32,000 bases of DNA from Candidatus Hadarchaeales archaeon (GTDB taxonomy: Archaea; Hadarchaeota; Hadarchaeia; Hadarchaeales; Hadarchaeaceae), in the NCBI GenBank assembly GCA_038823825.1, contig JAWBCC010000001.1:1-32000 (forward strand), written 5' to 3'. This document shows, piece by piece, positions 18,836-27,333 of this stretch (the first letter of the stretch is position 1; each line of letters begins with the position of its first letter). The notes below the pieces were generated by a model. That model did not search any database. It saw only the letters and a list, made by a program, of their open reading frames with translations, and was not told the DNA's origin. The translations under genes and the position numbers were made by a program.

Positions 18836-19528
18836 ATGAAAGTAGTTGTGTTATTCTCTGGAGGTGCGAGTGCTGTTCCCTTCATGCTTGGAAGCGACGA
18901 TTTTGAGGTAGTTGGGGCGATATCTAGTTCGAAAACTGCTAGCGGGGTAGAAAAGTTAAAAAAGCTTGGAATTCCTGTCGAGGTTGTTGACATAAAAGAG
19001 TTCTATGCCGGCAGGCCAATTTCCGATATGAAAGTCAGAAGCGAATATGAGGAAAAGCTTATTCAAATAATAAAGGAAAAAAAGTGGAATCCTGACTTAA
19101 TCGCTTGTTCCGGATACATGTATGTTCTCACCCCTAGATTTCTGCGGGAATTTCCAAATCGTGTTTTAAACGTTCACCCAGCAGATCTTTCCATAACCGA
19201 GGGAGGAAAAAGAAAATATACGGGATTGCACGCGGTGAAAGCTCAGATAGAGGCAGGAGAAAAGGCGACGAGATCGACAATTCACATAATGAACGAGACC
19301 CCTGATCACGGACCAATAGTTGTAATTTCTCCACCTTTACCTGTAGAAGGTAGATTCCCGGAGGAGCAACAGAACTTGATGAAGGAGAAGTGTGATGGGC
19401 CTGCTTATCGAAAGGCATTGGAGTTGATATCAAGGGGTATGGTTGCAATCGATTGCGAAGGAAATGTCTATATCATGAAGAATGGAAAATGGGAGAAAGG
19501 ATTTGTGAGAATGGAGGGGGAACATTGA
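18836..19528 (+). CDS. purN: Phosphoribosylglycinamide formyltransferase-like protein (divergent PurN)
   Basis: NVHPADLS and STIHIMNETPDHGPIVV correspond to the Asn/His and Asp catalytic positions of the GAR transformylase family. Start chosen at ATG 18836 (MKVVVLFSGG) rather than 18788. Confidence 0.75.
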   Translation: MKVVVLFSGGASAVPFMLGSDDFEVVGAISSSKTASGVEKLKKLGIPVEVVDIKEFYAGRPISDMKVRSEYEEKLIQIIKEKKWNPDLIACSGYMYVLTPRFLREFPNRVLNVHPADLSITEGGKRKYTGLHAVKAQIEAGEKATRSTIHIMNETPDHGPIVVISPPLPVEGRFPEEQQNLMKEKCDGPAYRKALELISRGMVAIDCEGNVYIMKNGKWEKGFVRMEGEH

Positions 19529-20916
19529 TAGGAGTTCTTCTCATAAGCTATGGAAGTCGAGAAGCCTGCATTGCTGAGGCTTTAGCAAAGAGCAATGAAA
19601 AGGTTAGACTTTTCATAGCCGATAAACAGAAGAATCCTTTCAATGTCAAGATAGCCGAAGAAACCGGCGGAGAGCATATCGTGATTCCAGATCTGAGTGT
19701 TGAGTCGATTGTGAATTTTGCGAAGAAACACGCGGATCGGATAGATTTTGGGATTCTCGGTCCAGAAGGGCCCGGACTAAAAGGGTTGCGCGACAAAATT
19801 GAGGCAGAAACAAATATAAAAATGATATGTCCAATTCTTCGCTTCTTCATAGAGCGGAGTAAAGTAGAACAGAGGCACGTAATCCAGAGAGTCTGCCCAA
19901 AAGCAAATCCAAAATTTAAGGTATTCTCTCCCGCCGACTATCGGTCATTGATGGAAGTAAAAAAGGACGTTTTTGATTGGCTCGATACAATCGGCGATGC
20001 CGTAGCGGTTAAACCAGATGCACCGGCAACAGGGAAAGGTGTAGGGGTCTGGGGAGATCACTTTAAATCTAGAGAGGAGATGTTTGAAAAGTTCTTCCTT
20101 CCGAATTTCGAGAAGGGTTCGGTAATCATTGAGGAAAAATTGGATGGTGAGGAGTTTTCTTTGCAGTTCTTGACAGATGGAAAGCATATAGTCCCAACAC
20201 CTGCCGTTAGAGATTACAAAAGATCGTTTGACTGGGATAAGGGCCCAAACACCGGGGGGATGGGCTCTTACAAAAGTATAGGAGAAATTTTACCTTTCAT
20301 GGATGACGAGGATTGGAAGGGGGCAATCAAAATAGGAAAACTTGTACACGATTCTCTAGCTGGTCCATCGGGAAATCCAAATTTGCGCGGGATAATGTAT
20401 TTTGGTTTCATAGCAACAGCAGATGGTGTGAAGGTCTTGGAAATTAACAGCAGGTGGGGAGACCCAGAAGTTATGAACATCTTACCAATTCTTATCGATG
20501 ACTTCGTCGAAGTTTGCTACAGGATGATAGATGGAAACCTTCAACCTCTTCGCTTTCAGGAGAAAGCCACGGTCGTGACTTATGCTGTTCCACTCGATTA
20601 TGGTGGCTATGCGAAATATTCTGGACCAAAACCGGTGAATTTATCGGAGGCCGAAAAGCTTCGTGAGAAATATGGTGATAACATACGAATATATCCCGGT
20701 TCGATGGAAGTCAGGGAAAATCAGACATTTGCCCTTTCCTCTAGAACTGTTGCGGTAGTTGGAATCGCGGAGAGCCTAGAAGAAGCAAGAGAAATTTCGC
20801 TGGAGGGCATAAGAAAAATCGATGGTCCTCTCAGACATCGAGAAGACATCGCTCTACCAGAACACATACAGAGAAGCATCACACACATGCGAAAGCTGAG
20901 GTTTCAGACCTCGTAG
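19525..20916 (+). CDS. purD: Phosphoribosylamine-glycine ligase-like ATP-grasp enzyme (divergent PurD)
   Basis: GILGPEGPG, AVKPDAPATGKGVGVW, DKGPNTGGMGSY, EINSRWGDPEVMNILP. Probable TTG start forms a TTGA overlap with purN and has an upstream GGAGG. The ORF track start 19453 is upstream. Confidence 0.85.
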   Translation: MIGVLLISYGSREACIAEALAKSNEKVRLFIADKQKNPFNVKIAEETGGEHIVIPDLSVESIVNFAKKHADRIDFGILGPEGPGLKGLRDKIEAETNIKMICPILRFFIERSKVEQRHVIQRVCPKANPKFKVFSPADYRSLMEVKKDVFDWLDTIGDAVAVKPDAPATGKGVGVWGDHFKSREEMFEKFFLPNFEKGSVIIEEKLDGEEFSLQFLTDGKHIVPTPAVRDYKRSFDWDKGPNTGGMGSYKSIGEILPFMDDEDWKGAIKIGKLVHDSLAGPSGNPNLRGIMYFGFIATADGVKVLEINSRWGDPEVMNILPILIDDFVEVCYRMIDGNLQPLRFQEKATVVTYAVPLDYGGYAKYSGPKPVNLSEAEKLREKYGDNIRIYPGSMEVRENQTFALSSRTVAVVGIAESLEEAREISLEGIRKIDGPLRHREDIALPEHIQRSITHMRKLRFQTS

Positions 20917-22394
20917 ATTCTGCCGGTCTCTTTTTCTCCTCGGCTCAGTTTAGCCTTCACTTCATCGGCCAGTTTTTGAGCCAGAGGTGTGGGATATCTG
21001 CATGTTAGGCAACCCAAGCAAAGCTCGTTTTCCTTAAAATTAGTTGCTTTTATGAAGTTTTCCATTGATTGATATCTCACACCGTCAGCTCCAATCGATT
21101 TTGCTATCCCCTCTTCGTCAAATTTATAGCCAATCAGTTCGGAAAAAGTTGCCATGTCTATTCCGTAGAAGCAGGGTGAAATTATCCTCGGAAATGTAAC
21201 ATACATGTAAACCTCTTTGGCTCCGGCGCGTCTTATCTTCTTGACAATGCGTCTTGAAGTATCTCCCCGGACAATGCTATCCTCAACCACTCCTACTCGT
21301 TTTCCGGCAATTTCATTGATTATGTTTAGTTTTTTGTTTATTATCATATCTCTCTCTTCTTCTCGGGATATGAAAGCTCTGTCTGTCAGATATCTGTGTT
21401 TTCGTAGAGATCGCTCCCAACGAATTCCCGTTTCCGCATGCATTCCGTAGGCAGCATCATCGGCTGTCTCTGGAATTGATACGATCACGTCGATTTTTTC
21501 TCTTATGTCGGGGTTTTCTTTTGCAAGGTTCCTCCCAAACTCTTCCCGTATCTTGTAAACCGGCTTGCAACCTTCACGCAAAATAGAATCAGGCCTTGCG
21601 AAGTAAGCAAACTCAAAAGCACAGAAGGCTCTTTTACCAACATCACAGATTTTCTCAACTCGAATGGTATCTTTTGAAACGATGAAAAGCTCTCCTGGCT
21701 TTACCTCTCCCCAAAATTGAAAATCGTTGATGTCGAGTCCAACACTTTCGGAGCTCACAGCAATTATTTCTTCGCTCTCGTTCATTCCGTAGCAGAGTGG
21801 TCTTATACCCAGTGGATCACGGAAAAAGAAAAGTTCTCCCTCTCCAGTCATTCCAGCAACGGAAAAAGCACCCTCAATATCTGTCATACATCTTTGCACA
21901 GCGTCTACTAAGTCTTTCTTTTTCCTAAGTTCAAAGAGGATCTTTCTTCCAATAAGCTCGGCATCAGATGAAGAAGATAGATTACCAAACTCAGATTTCA
22001 GATCCTTTCTAAGTTGTTTAGAGTTAACCAGGTTTCCATTGTATGCTATTGCAATTTTAGTCCTGCCAGATTTGAGTACACATGGTTGGGCGTCTTTTCT
22101 CAACCAGTAGGGCGTGTCTTTTCCAGCGGTTGCGTATCTTACATGTCCAACTCCGACATTTCCCTTCAGTTTCCTAAGAATGAGTTTTGTGACTGGGGCT
22201 CTACTTGGAGGCAGTAATCCAAGGTCGTGATACTGATGAAAATTTCCATTATAAGTGAGAAAACCGTAAGAGTGATGTCCACGATGGTTTTGTGCGATGA
22301 GACCCCAGTAAAGGTAAGGAGCCGCTGATTTGGAATTAAAACAGTAAACTCCGAAGACCCCGCAGGCCTCGGAAATTGTATTGCTCATTTCCAT
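20904..22394 (-). CDS. purF: Amidophosphoribosyltransferase
   Basis: N-terminal Ntn cysteine region CGVFG; GHVRYATAGKD; PRPP loop VVEDSIVRGDTSRRIV; CFYGIDMAT. Confidence 0.93.
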   Translation of the reverse strand: MEMSNTISEACGVFGVYCFNSKSAAPYLYWGLIAQNHRGHHSYGFLTYNGNFHQYHDLGLLPPSRAPVTKLILRKLKGNVGVGHVRYATAGKDTPYWLRKDAQPCVLKSGRTKIAIAYNGNLVNSKQLRKDLKSEFGNLSSSSDAELIGRKILFELRKKKDLVDAVQRCMTDIEGAFSVAGMTGEGELFFFRDPLGIRPLCYGMNESEEIIAVSSESVGLDINDFQFWGEVKPGELFIVSKDTIRVEKICDVGKRAFCAFEFAYFARPDSILREGCKPVYKIREEFGRNLAKENPDIREKIDVIVSIPETADDAAYGMHAETGIRWERSLRKHRYLTDRAFISREEERDMIINKKLNIINEIAGKRVGVVEDSIVRGDTSRRIVKKIRRAGAKEVYMYVTFPRIISPCFYGIDMATFSELIGYKFDEEGIAKSIGADGVRYQSMENFIKATNFKENELCLGCLTCRYPTPLAQKLADEVKAKLSRGEKETGRIYEV

Positions 22395-22425
22395 CGAAAA
22401 AAGTAGACGCGAGATTTAATAATCG

Positions 22426-22908
22426 TTATCCCTTCCTTAGCTCTTCATCTTCTCTCTCGAGTTTGTCCTTCATCTTCCTTTGATATTCCGAAACCTTTTC
22501 ACCGAGTTTCTGGTCTTTCAAAGAAAGAATTTTTGCCGCGGCCAACGCGGCGGATTCTGGTTCCAATATGACTAAAGGAGCTACACCGCTAGGCATTCTG
22601 AGAGAAGAAAATATATCGATCCCGGAAAACTTTTCCGAATATAATGGACAAGCTATGACTGGATATCTCGTATTGGCATCAACCATCCCAGAGAGGGCGT
22701 TAGATCTTCCAGCAATAGTTATATAAACTAGGTTTTCATTCCCTTTCTCGTACTCTCGTAAAATTTCCAAGACTTTTTCAGGAGTCTTGTGCGCCGACGC
22801 GATTCTCAGTTCATAATGAATTCCAAAATCTTTCAAAGTTTTCACGATTTTATCCGCAAATTCAAAATCGGATTTTGATCCCATGATGATAACCACTTTT
22901 GTCATCAC
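22426..22908 (-). CDS. purE: AIR carboxylase / PurE family, class II-like
   Basis: VIIMGSKSDFEFA, ASAHKTPE, YITIAGRSNALSGMVDA...FSSLRMPSGVAPLVILEPESAALAAAKI. Confidence 0.93.
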   Translation of the reverse strand: MMTKVVIIMGSKSDFEFADKIVKTLKDFGIHYELRIASAHKTPEKVLEILREYEKGNENLVYITIAGRSNALSGMVDANTRYPVIACPLYSEKFSGIDIFSSLRMPSGVAPLVILEPESAALAAAKILSLKDQKLGEKVSEYQRKMKDKLEREDEELRKG

Positions 22909-22993
22909 AAAACATTGTTTCTGTTCTTTTATAATTCCATACGCTCCATGCAGAAGGCTTAAAGATTAGCCTACGATAAATTGATGGATAGAG

Positions 22994-24445
22994 ATGGCAG
23001 AATTCGGCTACGAAACGTTCCTCTCTCCATTCACTTGGAGGTACGGCTCGAAAGAGATGAAACGTTTGTTCTCCGAAGTTTACACGAGAACTCTTTGGAG
23101 AAAAGTATGGCTCGCGCTTGCCGAAGCTCAAGCTGAGTATGGTCTGATCTCTCAGGAGGAATTGGAAGATATTCGATCTAAATCAGGTCCGGAATATGTA
23201 AACATCGAAAGAGCGCATGAAGTCGAAAGAGAAATAAGGCATGATTTGATGGCGGAGATCAAAGTTTTTGCCGAACAGTGTCCAGTTGGAGGAGGCAAGA
23301 TTCATCTTGGCGCCACTTCTATGGATATAGAAGATAACGCGGACGCAATTAGAATAAAAGAGGCTCTAGACATAATCCTCACAAGGCTGATTAATTGTTT
23401 GGACGCTTTATCTGAAAAAATAATCAAGTATAAGGATTTGCCATGCTTGGGATGGACACACATTCAACCGGCCGAGCCGACTACCTTAGGATATCGCTTG
23501 GCGTTTTATGCGCAAGACTTGGTGCTCGACGTGCAGCTTGTGGAATTTCTCATGAACAATCTTGTGAAAGGAAAAGGAATAAAGGGCGCCGTGGGGACTT
23601 CTGCAAGTTTTAAGTTTTTGCTCGGAGAAAAAGGACGTCCGGAAGACTTGGAGAAAAAAGTCATGGAAAAACTTGGAATAAGTTCCTTTCACATTTCGAC
23701 TCAAACATATCCTAGAAAGTTGGATTTTATTCTTTTGAACGTTCTCGCAAGCATTGCTCAGAGTGCTCACAAATTTGGATTGGATTTCCGCCTATTGCAG
23801 TCTCCGGCTTTTGGGGAAATATCAGAACCGATGAAGGAGGCGCAGGTAGGTTCTTCGGCAATGCCGTTTAAAAAGAACCCAATTTCCGCTGAAAGAATGT
23901 GCTCGCTGGCAAGATATGTGTCCGTTTTACCAAAAATCGCATGGGACAATGCCTCACAGACGATTCTTGAAAGGACGCTGGACGATTCCGCAAACAGAAG
24001 AATAGTTCTAGCAGAGGCTTTTCTCGCAATTGACGAATGTCTGATAATCTATGCATGGCTCGCGAGGGGCATGATAGTTTATCCAGAAATGATAAAAAAG
24101 AATTTGGAGAAATTTGCGCCCTTTGCTGCTATTGAACCGATTCTAATGCGTCTTGTTGAACTTGGTGAGGACAGACAAAAAATGCATGAGTATCTGAGAG
24201 AGATTTCAAGAAAAGCTTGGGAGGTCGTCATGCGAGGAGAAAAAAACCCACTTCACGAACTTTTGTCTCAGGATATGCGCATAAAATCAAAGTTGCCCAG
24301 AGAAGAGCTTGACGAGTTTTTCGAAGTAGAAAATTATATTGGCGATGCTCCGGAGCGTTGCGAAAAATTCGTTAAAGAAGTGATCAAGCCGCTATTACAG
24401 AAATATGGAGATAGAGTATGTTTGACAGAAGGCACGAAATTCTGA
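22994..24445 (+). CDS. purB: Adenylosuccinate lyase
   Basis: THIQPAEPTTLGYRLAFYAQDL; GSSAMPFKKNPISAER signature. Confidence 0.96.
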   Translation: MAEFGYETFLSPFTWRYGSKEMKRLFSEVYTRTLWRKVWLALAEAQAEYGLISQEELEDIRSKSGPEYVNIERAHEVEREIRHDLMAEIKVFAEQCPVGGGKIHLGATSMDIEDNADAIRIKEALDIILTRLINCLDALSEKIIKYKDLPCLGWTHIQPAEPTTLGYRLAFYAQDLVLDVQLVEFLMNNLVKGKGIKGAVGTSASFKFLLGEKGRPEDLEKKVMEKLGISSFHISTQTYPRKLDFILLNVLASIAQSAHKFGLDFRLLQSPAFGEISEPMKEAQVGSSAMPFKKNPISAERMCSLARYVSVLPKIAWDNASQTILERTLDDSANRRIVLAEAFLAIDECLIIYAWLARGMIVYPEMIKKNLEKFAPFAAIEPILMRLVELGEDRQKMHEYLREISRKAWEVVMRGEKNPLHELLSQDMRIKSKLPREELDEFFEVENYIGDAPERCEKFVKEVIKPLLQKYGDRVCLTEGTKF

Positions 24446-24454
24446 GGTGTTAAA

Positions 24455-25324
24455 TTGGCTGTAATAATGGATGGCAAGGCACTTGCTGAAGAAATAAAAA
24501 AACAAATCGCTCGGGAAGTTGAAAAACTGAAAATTGAAGGACTCCGTCCATCTCTTGCTGTTGTTATGGTGGGAAAAGATCCTTCCTCGCAGGTGTATGT
24601 TGGGGGAAAGGAAAGGGACTGTAAAGCCGTTGGCATAAATTTCAGGCTCCATCAACTTCCTGAAGACTCAAGTTCGAATGAAGTTGTTCAACTAGTTGAG
24701 AATCTAAATGCCGCGGACGTGCAGGGGATAATAGTACAACTTCCTCTTCCTCCACAAATAGACAAGCGCAGAGTTATCTCGGCTATCGATCCAGCAAAGG
24801 ATGTGGACGGTATTCATCCCGAGAACGTTGGTAAACTCTGGCTTGGTGATTATTCTCTCCAGAATTCGCTCCTTCCCTGCACACCGAAGGGAATTCTCAG
24901 GCTTCTAGATCGTTACAATCTCTCAATAGAAGGAAAGCTGGTTGTAATAATCAACCGGAGCGATCTGGTTGGAAAACCTCTAGCAAAAATGATGCTCGAT
25001 AGGAATGCGACGGTTGTAATTTGCCATTCTAAAACAAGAAATCTATCAGAGAGGACAAAGGAGGCGGATGTTTTGGTTTCTGGTGTCGGCCGTGCCCCAT
25101 CATTCAGGATAGGAAAAGAAATGGTCAAAGAAGGAACAGTTGTAATTGATGTTGGAATTTCCTTTGTCGAGGGTAAGATGGTTGGAGACGTTGATTTTGA
25201 ATCCGTAAAAGATATAGCTTCTTACATAACTCCAGTACCCGGTGGTGTTGGTCCAATGACTCGTGCAATGCTTTTGGAAAATGTTTTGATAGCCACCAAT
25301 CTTCAGAGGGAAAGGAATGTTTAA
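24455..25324 (+). CDS. folD: Methylenetetrahydrofolate dehydrogenase / methenyltetrahydrofolate cyclohydrolase
   Basis: VQGIIVQLPLPPQ, KDVDGIHPENVGKL, PCTPKGI, PVPGGVGPMTRAML; TTG start preceded by GAGGTG. Confidence 0.96.
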   Translation: MAVIMDGKALAEEIKKQIAREVEKLKIEGLRPSLAVVMVGKDPSSQVYVGGKERDCKAVGINFRLHQLPEDSSSNEVVQLVENLNAADVQGIIVQLPLPPQIDKRRVISAIDPAKDVDGIHPENVGKLWLGDYSLQNSLLPCTPKGILRLLDRYNLSIEGKLVVIINRSDLVGKPLAKMMLDRNATVVICHSKTRNLSERTKEADVLVSGVGRAPSFRIGKEMVKEGTVVIDVGISFVEGKMVGDVDFESVKDIASYITPVPGGVGPMTRAMLLENVLIATNLQRERNV

Positions 25325-25901
25325 TGTTAGAGATCTCCGTGAAAAAAAGAAAGCGGAAAGGGAAGCTCTGACTTTTGAGGAGGTTTTGGAAAAGAGCAGG
25401 AAAATAAAAGAGAAGCTGTTTTCTCTTCCGGAGTTCAAAAGCGCAAAAACAGTGGCCTTTTATGTGGCAAAAGAAGAAGCGAAAGAAGTCAGAACGCAGG
25501 AAATGATTGTTGAAACCTTGGAGCTCGGGAAAAAAGTTTTGGTTCCGTTTGTTGTAGGAAACGAAATCGAATTTACGGAGATTTCTGGGCTTTGCGATCT
25601 TCAGCCCGGAACATTCGGCATTCTGGAACCACGCATAGAAATTCGTAAGAAAATCCCTCTTGAACAAATAGAACTTGTTGTAGTTCCAGGAATTGCTTTT
25701 GACCTAAAGGGACGGAGAATTGGATATGGAAAAGGATTTTACGATAGATTTCTCAGCAGACTTTTTTCCGTGAATCCAAATGTGTGCGTTGTTAGTCTTG
25801 CATTCGAGATGCAGCTGGTTGAAAACATACCCAATCAGAAATCTGCGGATGTTCCGGTGAAAATATTGATAACTGAGGAAAGAATTCTGAGATTTGGGTG
25901 A
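25317..25901 (+). CDS. 5-formyltetrahydrofolate cyclo-ligase
   Basis: VVVPGIAFDLKGRRIGYGKGFYDRFL signature. Confidence 0.9.
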   Translation: MFNVRDLREKKKAEREALTFEEVLEKSRKIKEKLFSLPEFKSAKTVAFYVAKEEAKEVRTQEMIVETLELGKKVLVPFVVGNEIEFTEISGLCDLQPGTFGILEPRIEIRKKIPLEQIELVVVPGIAFDLKGRRIGYGKGFYDRFLSRLFSVNPNVCVVSLAFEMQLVENIPNQKSADVPVKILITEERILRFG

Positions 25902-27043
25902 ATCTGTTGACCTCAAAATACAGACAAGTTGGCGTAGATGTCAAAAAATCAGGCATAGAAGTTTTTAAGAAGCATATAAAGTCGATCCACGAAAAGTCAT
26001 TCTGTTCTGTCTTCAAAAATCCTCTTGATTCTTCAACTGGTTTGGTTTTCCATACCGATGGAGCCGGTAGTAAACCGGTTCAGGCTTATCTTCATTGGGC
26101 AGAGACAAGAGATAAAAGATGGTTTGAGGGACTCGCGCAGGACGTAGTCGCGATGAACATCGATGACATTGTTTGTGTCGGTGCGATTCCGATTTCTTTA
26201 GTCGATTACATTGCACTGAACCCACGTATTGTTCCGAAAAAAGAGATCTTGGAATCTTTGGCAAGAGGCTTTGAGAAGACTCTCTCTCTTCTCAAAAAGT
26301 TTGGGATATCTATAATATTTGCTGGCGGCGAAACCGCTGAGCTTCCCGATCAGCTGATGACACTCGATGTGTCTGGCGCCGTAGTGGGTATCATAGAACT
26401 TTCAAAAATCATCAGCGGAGAAAACATAAAAGCTGGTGATATCATTGTTGGTATCAGGAGTGGTGGGAGAGCAAAGTACGAGAATAGAGAGAATAGCGGG
26501 ATCATGTGTAATGGTATAACACTGGCTAGACACTGCTTGATGAAGCCGGAATATTCTAAAAAGCGTCCGGAAATCGGAAGTGGATATTTCGGAAGATTTT
26601 CCTTTGATGACTATCTTGAGGAACTGAATATGACGGTGGGCGAGGCTATTCTTTCTCCCACCAGGATTTTCACACCAATTGTCTTCAAGATTCTTAAACA
26701 ATGTGGAGGGATATCCGGACTTGTTCATAACACTGGAGGCGGTCTGACAAAATGTTTGAGACTGGGGAAAAACATTCTCTACGTGAAGGAAAATCTACCC
26801 GAACCAGATCCCATTTTTAAGCTCATTCAGAAGGAGGGTAGAGTCAGTTGGAACGAAATGTTTGAAGTTTTTAACATGGGGATAGGATTTGAAGTCATTG
26901 TCAAGAAAGAAGAAGTAGACAACGTAATTTCAATCGCAGAAAAATTCGGAGTTCAAGCCATGGTCATCGGTTATTGCGATCGCAGCAAAAGGGGCAACAG
27001 AGTGATTATTAAAAGCATGTTTGGAAAGTTTGAGTACGGGTAG
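25898..27043 (+). CDS. purM: Phosphoribosylformylglycinamidine cyclo-ligase (AIR synthase)
   Basis: YRQVGVDVKKSG, HTDGAGSKPVQA, DIVCVGAIPISLVDYIA, AGGETAELPDQ, HNTGGGLTK. The start codon is ambiguous (GTG 25898 or TTG 25907). Confidence 0.93.
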   Translation: MNLLTSKYRQVGVDVKKSGIEVFKKHIKSIHEKSFCSVFKNPLDSSTGLVFHTDGAGSKPVQAYLHWAETRDKRWFEGLAQDVVAMNIDDIVCVGAIPISLVDYIALNPRIVPKKEILESLARGFEKTLSLLKKFGISIIFAGGETAELPDQLMTLDVSGAVVGIIELSKIISGENIKAGDIIVGIRSGGRAKYENRENSGIMCNGITLARHCLMKPEYSKKRPEIGSGYFGRFSFDDYLEELNMTVGEAILSPTRIFTPIVFKILKQCGGISGLVHNTGGGLTKCLRLGKNILYVKENLPEPDPIFKLIQKEGRVSWNEMFEVFNMGIGFEVIVKKEEVDNVISIAEKFGVQAMVIGYCDRSKRGNRVIIKSMFGKFEYG

Positions 27044-27045
27044 CC

Positions 27046-27333
27046 TTGAAGAAATTTCGTGCGAGAGTGGAGGTAAAATTAAAGCCAGCTTACCTCGACC
27101 CCGAGGGGGCAACAGCAGAGAGATCTCTAAAAGATCTGGGTTTCAAGGTTGAGAAGGTGCGAGTGGCGAAAGTGTATGAAATGGAGATCTATGCTTTATC
27201 AAGGGAGGATGCGGAGAAGAAAGTCGACGAGATGTGTAGAAAATTGCTTTCCAATCCGGTCAAGGATGATTATGTTTTTGAGGTGAAAGAAGAAAATGGA
27301 GCAACTTTACAAAAGAAAAAATCTTCCTGTTGA
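27046..27333 (+). CDS. purS: Phosphoribosylformylglycinamidine synthase subunit PurS
   Basis: RVEVKLKPAYLDPEGATAERSLKDLGF; located immediately before purL; TTG start. Confidence 0.93.
   Translation: MKKFRARVEVKLKPAYLDPEGATAERSLKDLGFKVEKVRVAKVYEMEIYALSREDAEKKVDEMCRKLLSNPVKDDYVFEVKEENGATLQKKKSSC

Noticed and set aside
25125-25667. 180-aa minus-strand ORF opposite folD and the cyclo-ligase
   Set aside because: Antisense to two confident genes; no recognisable domain.
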